DNA of 64,000 nt from contig OX597818.1 of the NCBI GenBank assembly GCA_951406725.2, forward strand, positions 87,048,001 to 87,112,000, read 5' to 3'. Positions 54,291 through 64,000 of the stretch are shown piece by piece. Each line of letters starts with the position of its first letter. The stretch's first letter is position 1. This DNA is from Octopus vulgaris. Its lineage: Eukaryota. A program made the position numbers and the translations under genes. The notes beneath the pieces were generated by a model. That model saw only the letters and a program-made list of their open reading frames with translations, made no database searches and had not been told where the DNA came from.

Positions 54291-54658
54291 ACACATATAT
54301 ATATATACACCACACACACACAGATCAGACAGATAATGTGAATAGGAATGAGGTGAAGAGAAGACAAACAGATAAGTCATGGAGTCAGACAAGTGAATGT
54401 ATGTGACTGAAAAAGCATAGAAATACAAAGTGAAAAAAACAACAATCAAACAAGTGTACAATGAAGATAAATACACCAAAGAAAGAAACAGAAAAGACTC
54501 TAATGTTATGTGTGGTGTGTGTCTGTGTATGTGTGTGTGTAGTATTTTTGTGCAGTATTTGTGTTTCTGTGAGAAAATGAGGTGTGTTTAAAATGTGTGT
54601 GGAGTCTGCTATAATTATCTGTATGTATGTGTACTCATGCACACACACACACACACAG

Positions 54659-54695
<37 letters not shown>

Positions 54696-55206
54696 TGCTT
54701 TCCGCCGTCCAGATCTGTTATATAAAGGGTTAATGCTCTACAAATTACTGATGATGATCTAGCTAAAATAAATAAAGTTAATTAGCTAATGTTGACTAAC
54801 GAGCTACAACTTTTTGTTTTTGTTTTTGTTGTTGTTGTTATTGTTGATGTTTTGGCATTGATATAGTGTTATGTTGATTGTTATTGCCTGAAGCTGCAGA
54901 ATTAATTGTAATTAAGACATAAAGTCGTTAGAGCGAGTGTCTTGAAGCTAGTCTGGCTTTTAGTCTGCTCATAAACAATCTTATCACAACATGAAATTCA
55001 GTCAGTTGAATGACCACAAGTATATTACTGGTACTTGACTGCCTCATGCAGAAGGTTAAGTTGTTCTTACTACAATTGAAACTCAGAACAATTTGGTTAA
55101 TATTTTAGAGGACATGAATCATAAAGCATAAGTCAAATTGTGAGTCATAAATCGTAAGTCATAAATCAATAGAAGGGCAACTTTTCTACTTTTCTTGGCC
55201 ACTAGT

Positions 55207-55590
55207 GGCGCAGGAGTGGATGTGTGGTAAGTAGCTTGCTTACCAACCACATGGTTCCAGGTTCAGTCCCATTGCGTGGCACCTTGGGCAAGTGTCTTCT
55301 TCTATAGCCTCAGGCCGACCAAAACCTTGTTAGTGAATTTGGTAGAAGGAAACTGAAAGAAGCCCGTCATATATATGTATATATATGTGTTTGTCCCCAC
55401 CCCCCAACATTGCTTGACAACCGATGGTGGTGTGGTTACATCCCCGTTACTTAGTGGTTCAGCAAAAGAGACTGATAGAATAAGTACTAGGCTTACAAAG
55501 AATAAATCCTGGGGTCGATTTGCTCGACTAAAGGCGTTGCTCCAGCATGGCCACAGTCAAATGACTGAAGCAAGTAAAATAGTAAAAGAA
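55207..55590 (+). mobile_element. SINE family B
   Basis: Full-length copy. Confidence 0.85.
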
Positions 55591-55835
55591 TATTTTTTTT
55601 CATATATTGTAGCAGGTGTGACTGAGTGGTTAAAAAGCCTGGGTCCAGTCTCACTGCGCAGTACCTTGGCCAAGTGTTTTCTGCTATGGCTTTGGGCCAA
55701 CCAAAGCCTTGTGTGTGAACTTGTTCAACAGAAACTGAAATAAGCCATTGTGTACACATGTGTGTATCTGCCTCAACAAATCCTATGTGACCCATGCAAG
55801 CATGAAAATGTGAACATTAAATAATGATGATGATG

Positions 55836-55867
<32 letters not shown>

Positions 55868-55868
<1 letters not shown>

Positions 55869-56330
55869 GAGTGAGAGAGCAGTTCATGCCATCAAAGTGA
55901 CACTGGGGTAAAATATACGAAGCCCAATATACCCATCATGACCACCCGTCTGATAACGGTACACCAGGCACATGCATCACAACCATATGTGCACGATATG
56001 GTGATCTCATATCAAGATAAACAGCACATGACCTTGCAGGTGGGGCCCAGTTAGAATTTTCTTCAGGTTGAGTAGCCCATCCCACTCAAAAGGTCCCTGA
56101 ATAAGGGTTGTTTAAGGATGTTGAAAGAACCACCGCTGTTTCCAGAGGTGAATTATTCAAACCCCAAAGAATCCCTCTCAACACATGGCTATGATGTTCC
56201 CCTACTACTTCTGCTCGTGATCAGAGATGCACATATCGTCAGCCACTAAGGGACATGATCAACTGGTTATGGTCAAACAACTGACAAGCAAATCTGTGGT
56301 ATTGAGCAGAATATTTGCTGTAGCCCATAT
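55868..56330 (-). mobile_element. Unclassified interspersed repeat, probably a retroposon 3' end with an (AAT)n tail
   Basis: A second diverged copy lies at about 9150-9660; both abut (ATT)n on the left. Confidence 0.6.
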
Positions 56331-57766
56331 TATTATTATTATTATTATTATTATCATTATCATCAAAGGTGGTGAGCTGGAAGAATTGTTAGCATACTGG
56401 GCAAAATGCTTAGCCACATTTCATCTGTCTTTACATTCTGTCCGTGACAGTTCTGCCTGAGAATTACATTAAGGGTACACATGTCACAGACTGGGCTGTG
56501 TGCTGTGTTCTTGAGCAAGACACTTTATTTCACATTACCACTGTAGAAAATGAGTTAAGTTAATTTTTTGGCTCAAAAAGCAAAAAGCAAGGCCATGTAG
56601 GGGGACATGGAGTTATGTACAGGAGTGTTGATGCAAAGAGTTCAGGCCATTTCTGGTCAAGAGTTGCAGCATCACCAGTGCCAAATTGTATCAGCCTTTG
56701 CCTTTCCCTTGAATAACATTGGTGGTGTGGAGAGGGGACAACTGTTGGTCTTCCATAAACAACCTTGCCTGGACTTGTACCTCAGAGGGAAAATTTCTAT
56801 GTGCAATCTCATGATCATCCGTGACTGCAGGGGCTCTTTACACGTCTGGAATTTCCAATCACTTACTTGATAATCCAGGAGCAGGTAATTCAGTTAATCG
56901 AATAACTCAATTGTCATCATTGAAATCAATGAGTACTGTATATATGTGTGTTTATGTATATAAATATATGTGTGCTGGTGCCATGTAAATATTACTCAGT
57001 TCCCTCTGTGAGGTTGTTGGTGTTAGGAAGGGCATCCAGCTGTAAAAAAAACATCCAAAACATATAGTGAAGCCTGGTGCGTTCTTCTGCCTAGCCAGCC
57101 CCCGTGAAACCATCCAACCCATGCTAGCATGGACAGCAGACATTAGATGATGATGAAGATGTGTTTTGTGTGTAGCTTCTCTATGGGAAGAAACCTGTTC
57201 CAACCTCTTCTTTCTTGCTTTATCACCTCATCACTTTGAATAAAGTTGCCACGATCTCCACTGTAGCCCTGCTCAGTCAAAGGGGCTCCTAGTCTTGCTA
57301 GCTACATAGTGACCCCTCTTAGTGCTGGTGCCACAAAACGACAGTCCATTCTGTTAAGTGTTGACATTAGGAAGGGCATCCAACCATAGAAACCATGTCA
57401 ACGCAGACATTGGAGTGCGATGCAGTCCTCAGACTCATCGGATCCTGTGAAACGGTTCCACCCATACCAGAAGGGAAAATGTATATTAAAAGGCAACAAT
57501 GATAATGCTACACACACACATCTGTGTGATGGTAGTTTATGCTTGATGTTCTTGTAGTCCCTGAATCTTTCATATCTTGTGCTTTTGCTGTTCTAAGTGG
57601 TCCTTCATTCTCATAGGGCTGAGCTTGTAAAAGGAGCCTTAGTTTATGGTGGTTTTGTTGTATATATTATACCATACATTGATATTGTGTAAGTGTCCTT
57701 ATCATGGATTTTATTTCTGGTTAGGGTAATACATATTTAAGGGTTTCTCATTTATGGGGGTTTTGT

Positions 57767-57797
<31 letters not shown>

Positions 57798-58789
57798 TAT
57801 ACACACTCGTGTGTGTGTGTGTGTCTCATGATGATGATACATAAACCTATACACAAGTAAACACACATGTGTGAAAGAATTGTAACGAGCTAACTATTTA
57901 ATTGTAATTCTTTCGCTTTTTGCTATTTATGAAACCCGAAGAGAGATATTTAAGGAACCAAATCTTGTCTATTCTGTCTTGAACAAACAGTATTCCGTTA
58001 AGGTGTGAACTGCTTCTTTTTCTTCTTCTCCTTCTTAGCATTAACTTCCATCACCAAACCTCTCTCTTTCATGTGCACACATACACATAGACAAACGCTA
58101 TAAAGAATTTCTGTTTCAACACTATTGGATATCTCGTGAAAAAAAAACAACAAAAAAATCAGCGAAACAAAATAAGTACAAATAATTTCAAGAAAGAAGG
58201 AAGGAAGGAGGGAAATGTGAGGTAGGGGTATGTTTGGTGCCAGGCTGGGTGGATGTTCTGTAAAAAGAATCAAAACTGTTTTCTAGATTGAATTTTTACC
58301 CTGTTAGATTGTAGTTGATCAAATATCTATTCCGACTGCAGAACAAATATTAAATACTGCTAAAGCAGGAAGCTAGATTTCTCAACACCTTAAACATTAA
58401 CCATTCTCAAATACAAACACGATACGATAAGGATAGGGGATAGAGGATAATCTATACAGACGTTCCGTCGGTCGTTACAAGTGAGGCATGATGCCAGCAC
58501 ATCACTGCACACTCAGCCGACCAACCAACCAACCGACCAGCTAACCAGGCAGGCAGGCCGACAGCTAGCTTAGCTTGGCTTCATCATTTGAAAATGAGAA
58601 CCCAGTTCAAACTATTTTTAATGGTTCTTTTGAAGCTCCAAGATTAATAATAATAAAAAAAGAAAAAATCTGTAATGTAGGTTTAAATTATTGTTTAATC
58701 AAGTGAATGCGGTTTCAATTACAGTAGCTGCTTCGGGCCACTCAAAACACACAGAGTGGCAGCTAAATTTAGACCTCAAATTATTTCAC

Positions 58790-59430
58790 TCTCTCTCTCA
58801 CTCTCATGCTCCCCCCTCTCTCCCTGTCTATCTTTCTCTCTCTTTTTCTTCTTCTCTCTCTCCTTTTCTCTATCTCCCTTTCTATATCTCTCACTCATGT
58901 TCCCCCCCTCTCTCTCTCTCTCTCTCATTCTTGTTCTTCCTCTGTCCCCTTGTCTCTCTCTACTCCTTTCACTTTCCCTTTCTCTCTGTCTCTCTTATTC
59001 CTTCTCTCTCCCTTTGTTTTATTTCTTCTCTTTCACTCCTGTGTTCCCCCTCTCTTTCTCATTCCTTTTCTCCCTCTCTCTCTTTCTCTTCCCTTTTCTC
59101 TCTTTCCCTCTCTTTCTCTCTCACCCTTTCAGTCTGTCTCTCTTGTTCTCCCCCCCTCTGTGTCTATCTCTCTTTACCTGTCTGCCTGTCATTTTCCCTA
59201 TTTCTCTCCTTTTCTTTCTCATTCTTTCTCTCTCTCTTCTTCTTTTGTCTCTTGTTCTCCTCTCTCTCCCTTTCTGTCACTTTCTCCCAGTGTGCCTGTC
59301 TGTCTAGGTCTCTCTCTCTCTCTCTCCCTATTTCTGTAAAAGAGAGACAGGGAGAGTCTCTCTCACTCTCTCTTTAACCTCTCCTCTCCCTACTCTCATT
59401 CCCCTGTTTTTACTCTTTTATCTTCCCTCC
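58790..59430. repeat. Polypyrimidine (CT-rich) low-complexity tract
   Basis: About 640 nt, predominantly C/T; the source of the spurious S/L/F-rich ORFs. Confidence 0.9.
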
Positions 59431-59964
59431 CCCATTTTTTTATTTATTTTTATATTCTTCTGATATTTAATTCTAATAATGTATTAGTCTGTCTGTGTGT
59501 CTGTATCACTTTTGTTGTTATCATTGTTGTTATTATTGTTGTCGTCGATGTTGTAAAATGGCTTTGTCGAGCGGAGGTGAAATATTGAGGTATGACAGCC
59601 TTGAGGTATTTTCTTAGCATTAAGCATTATCTCTTGTGTGATGCTATGTTATATTGTGTGATATTGGTGTAATACTGTTTGATGTAGTGTCTGTAGTGTT
59701 GTGATATAGCTGTGATGTGCTGCAGTGTAGCAATAGTGTAATCTTGTATAATTGTTGTATTGTATAGAAGTGGTGTTTTATAGTGTTACATAGGTGTAGT
59801 GTAAGTCTGTCTGATCTAGTGTTGTATAGTTGTAATGGTAATGTACTGCAGTGGTGTATTGGTGTATTCTATGTTGTAGTGCTGTATAGCTGTGGTGTAC
59901 TGCATTGTAGATTTTAGTGTCACCCTGTCTGTTCTAATGTTATATAGTTGCAGTGTACTGCAGT

Positions 59965-60285
59965 GGGTGCATGGCTCAGTGGTTAAAGCATTGAGCTCAC
60001 AATCATGAGGTAGTGAGTTCAGTTCCCGGACCAGGACATGTGCTGTGTTGTGTTCTTGAGCAAGACGCTTTATTTCACGTTGCTCATGTTTACTCAGCTG
60101 TAGAAATGAGTTGTGACGTCAATGGTGCCTTTCCCTGGGGTAGCATCAGTGGCGTGGAGATGAGAGGCTGGTATGCATGGCCAGCTGCTGGTCTTCCACA
60201 AGTAACCTTGTCCAGACTTGTTCTTCAGAGGGGAACTTTCTAGGTGCAGTCCCTTGATCATTCATGACCTTACTCTTTACCCTTT
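59965..60285 (+). mobile_element. SINE family E
   Basis: Co-linear with 48327-48667. Confidence 0.8.
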
Positions 60286-60377
60286 ATATAGCTCTGGTGT
60301 ACTGCAGTTTTGCTTTTGGTGTTATCCCCTATATTGTAGTGTTATATGGGTGTAATGTAAAGCAGTGTAATACTGAC

Positions 60378-60775
60378 CAGATGTGGTTGTGTGGTAAGAA
60401 ATTAGCTTCCCAACCACATGGTTCTGGGTTCAGTCCCACTGTGTGGTACTTTGAGCAAGTGTTTTCTACTATAGTTTCAGGCTGACCAAAGCCTTGTGAG
60501 TGGATTTGGTAGGCAAACAGAAATTGAAAGCAGCTTGTCATGTATGTGTGTGTGCGTGCGCGCGCATGGCTTTGTGTCCACTTGACAACCTGTGTTGGTG
60601 TGTTTACATCCCCATAACTTAGCAGTTCAGCAATAGAAACCGATAGAATAAGTAGCACATTTTAAAAAAGAATAAGTACTGGCAGTGGTGGGGTTTGATT
60701 CAGTTGACTAAAAGTTTTTTTAAAGGTGTGCCCCAGCATGGGCTGCAGCTTAATAACAAACAGAAAGATAAAAGA
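60378..60775 (+). mobile_element. SINE family B, diverged
   Basis: Recognisable head, CORE-like segment and tail. Confidence 0.7.
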
Positions 60776-61228
60776 TGCATATTGCAGTGCTGTACTGCTG
60801 TGGTGCATTGCAGTGTTATGCTGGTGTGATATAAAGCAGTGTAGCAGTAATGGAATCTTCTATGGTGTTGTATAAATATCGTGTAATAAGAACAGTTTCA
60901 AGGCGATCATGTGTCCTGCAGTGTAAGTGTGTTTTGTAATACAGTGTAAATTTGGTGTAGAGCAGTGTAATGTTTCTATGGTTCAGTTTGATGTAGTGTG
61001 TGTTGTAACACAGTGTAGTTTTAGTGTAATGTAGTGTAGAACAGTGTAGTGATTCTATAATCCTCTTTGATGTAAGTTAGTATTAGTGTGATCTTGTATA
61101 AAGCAACAGAAGCGTTGTGTAGTGCAATGGAAGTGTAGGGCAGTGTAATCTTAGCATAATCCTGTGTTGCACAGTGTAACATTTAGAAAATAATCCTGTT
61201 TGATACAGGGTTCATGGTTATGGTATTC

Positions 61229-61825
61229 TTATTTCTTTACTGCCCACAGGGGACTACACACAGAGGAGACAAACAAGGACAGACAAGCAGATTAAGTCGA
61301 TTATATTGACCCCAGTGCATAACTGGTACTTAATTTATCGACCACGAAAGGATGAAAGGAAAAGTCGACCTCAGCGGAATTTGAACTCAGAACATAGCGA
61401 CAGGCGAAATGCCTATTTCTTTACTACCCACAAGGGGCTAAACACAGAGAGGACAAACAAGGACAGACAAACGGATTAAGTTGAGTATATCAACTCCAGT
61501 GCGTAGCTGGTACTTAATTTATCGACCCCGAAAGGATGAAAGGCAAAGTCGACCTCGGCAGAATTTGAACTCAGAACGTAGCAGCAGATGGAATACCTAT
61601 TTCTTTACTACCCACAAGGGGCTAAACACAGAGAGGACAAATAAGGACAGACAAATGGATTAAGTCAAGTATATCAACCCCAGTGTGTAACTGGTACTTA
61701 TTTAATCGACCCTGAAAGGATGAAAGGCAAAGTCGACCTCGGCAGAATTTGAACTCAGAACGTAACGGCAGGCAAAATACGGGTACGCATTTCGCCCGGC
61801 GTGCTAACGTTTCTGCCAGCTTGCA
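61229..61825 (-). mobile_element. SINE family A tandem trimer (one head, three body modules of about 190 bp)
   Basis: Three successive atttctttact..cccacaaggggctaaacac...gaatttgaactcagaac units, with the head present only once at about 61780-61825. Confidence 0.85.
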
Positions 61826-62441
61826 GCCTCGGTTATGGTATTCCAGGGGTTTGATTCTTGGTGGTGCATTGTGTCTTTCAGCAAAATACTTTATTTCATG
61901 TTCCTCCTGTCCATGCAACTGGCAAAAATGAGTTGTAATTCAAAGGGGCCAGCCTTGTCACATTCTCTGTCATGCTGAATCTCCCTGAAAACTACATTAT
62001 GGGTATGTTTGTCTGTGAAGTGCTCAGCCACTTGCATGTTAATTTCACGAGCAGGCTGTTCGGTTGATTGGATCAACTGGAACCCTCACTGTCACAACCA
62101 GTGAAATATTCTACTCACCTGAGTTAAATGTTGTTCAGGTCTCACCTGTACTTGGTCATGTTGACCTATTGTCAAAAGTTTTATCCATCCTGTTATTTAA
62201 TATATTTAAGACTACATTAGTCAATTAGTCTTTCATTTTTCAAGGTAGTATGATTTGATCTGAGCAAAATTTGGCTGCTATTTCTTGCAAATCAAATCAC
62301 TACATAGAGGTCTCCCATGGTAGTGCACCATGCCATGGATTCCTGTCCAGTGGAGATATTGTAGAATGGAGGCCTTAAAATTATTCTGATATTATCACAG
62401 ATGGACGGACGCTGAAAGAAGCCTACCATTTGTATATATAA

Positions 62442-62484
<43 letters not shown>

Positions 62485-62485
<1 letters not shown>

Positions 62486-62650
62486 CTACACTCACGGAGT
62501 GGTTGGCGTTAGGAAGGGCATCCAGCTGTAGAAACATTGCCAGATAAGACTGGAGCCTGGTGCAGCCTTCTGGCTTCCCAGATCCCCGGTCGAACCGTCC
62601 AACACATGCTAGCATGGAGAACGGACGTTAAACGATGATGATGATGATGA
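62485..62650 (+). mobile_element. RTE LINE 3' UTR tail fragment
   Basis: Close match to 17341-17513. Confidence 0.85.
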
Positions 62651-62666
62651 TATATATATATATATG

Positions 62667-62870
62667 CAGGGTGGGCCAAAAGTCACACACAAAATAAGTT
62701 CCATATGCTCTAAAATTATCAAAGACATGTTCCAGTTTTTCTAAAATTGAATAAATTAAATAACGACGGACTCTCTTGTCAAAGCTTTTGCTGAGCAACC
62801 TGCACAGATGTTTGTTTATAGTGATCAAATGCGCGTACTGCTCATTAGCTCTCACACTCCATCAAATCAA
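62667..62870. mobile_element. Possible mariner-type fragment (one TIR only)
   Basis: Begins CAGGGTGGGCCAAAAGT after (TA)n; no partner TIR was found. Confidence 0.4.
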
Positions 62871-63085
62871 CATTTTCTGAACCAGTAACCAGTGCATGGT
62901 GTGCTATGTGTCGGGTGTCGAAATGATCAGAGAGCAATGTGAGGTGAAGTGTTTTGTTCAAGAACACAATGTACCACCTAGTCTGGGAATTGAAATTATG
63001 ATTGCTAGATCATCAGTGCAACTTCCTTACCACTAAGCTATGTGCCCTCATCATCATCATAATAATAATCATAATAATAATAATT

Positions 63086-63562
63086 TATTTCTTTACTACC
63101 CACAAGGGGCTAAACAAGGACAGACAATGGGATTAAATCGATTACATTGACCCCAGTACGTAACTGGTACTTAATTTATCGACCCCGAAAGGATGAAAGG
63201 CAAATTCGACCTCGGCGGAATTTGAACTCGGAACGTAACGACAGACAAAATACGGCTACCCATTTTGCCCGGCGTGCTAACGTTTCTGCCAGCTTGCCAA
63301 CAATAATAATGATAATAATAGTAATAATAATAATAATGGTAATAATAATCCTTTCTACTAAAGGCAGAAGGCCTGAAATTTGTGGGGAGCAGGCAAGTCA
63401 ATCATATCGACCCCAGTACTTGACTGGTACTTCATTTATAGATCCGAAAGGATGAAAATCAAAGTCAATCTCAACAGAATTTGAACTCAGAATGTAAAGA
63501 TGGATGAAATGCCACTATGTATTTTGCCCGACATGCTAATGATTCTGCCAGCTTGCCGCCTT
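63086..63562 (-). mobile_element. SINE family A, two antisense copies
   Basis: Reverse-complement matches to family A. Confidence 0.8.
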
Positions 63563-63810
63563 CGTAAATATATAGGTGTGTGTGTGTACATATATGTATG
63601 CATATAGGAGTGTGTGTATATATATGTATGCATATAGGTGTGTGTGTATATAGATATATGTATATAGGTGTGTGTGTATATATAGATGTATGTATATAGG
63701 TGTGTGTGTGTATATGTGTATGCATGTATATTGCTTTGTAGAAATGTGTGTGGGGGTGGTGTATATGTAGGGTGTTTGTATATATTGGTATATATGTGTG
63801 TGTGTGTGTT

Positions 63811-63858
<48 letters not shown>

Positions 63859-63914
63859 CACACATATATATACACTTACCTGTGTGTAGAGTGTTTACAT
63901 AACCTATATGCATG

Positions 63915-63957
<43 letters not shown>

Positions 63958-64000
63958 ATGTATTGTAACCTGTGTGGTAGCATCATATATATATATATAT

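Noticed and set aside
54715-54730. TATA-box promoter (TATATAAAG) after a CT tract
   Set aside because: The motif is common in AT-rich DNA, and there is no supporting downstream exon.

Overview
This is AT-rich, microsatellite-saturated eukaryotic genomic DNA. The repeat families point to an octopus (coleoid cephalopod); that is inferred from remembered repeat consensus sequences, not from a search. The window is almost entirely intronic. The only well-supported host coding sequence is two 109-nt + strand exons (18606-18714 and 19698-19806) encoding the last ankyrin repeats of a CASKIN-like scaffold protein; I could not find the flanking exons, so the introns appear to exceed 18 kb and 44 kb. 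The rest is a transposon landscape: a young 5'-truncated RTE-clade LINE with a PHD finger inside its RT region, nested in a CR1-type LINE fragment; an inverted second RTE copy; many RTE 3' tails; at least five tRNA-derived SINE families; piggyBac-type, Tc2/pogo-type and Tc1/mariner-type MITEs; and two non-autonomous Helitron-like elements. The most unusual signal is a set of minimal Penelope-type hammerhead ribozyme motifs (12226-12305 on -, 24951-24986 on +, 28682-28727 on +). One of them lies in a TSD-flanked chimera of a tRNA/Pol III SINE head, a hammerhead and a Penelope-style inverted 3' duplication (28426-28785), which may be a ribozyme-bearing SINE mobilised by Penelope-like elements. 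Nearly all ORFs in the supplied track are microsatellite or repeat read-through artefacts. Repeat coordinates are approximate (about +/-10 nt); exon, TIR/TSD and ribozyme coordinates were counted by hand.
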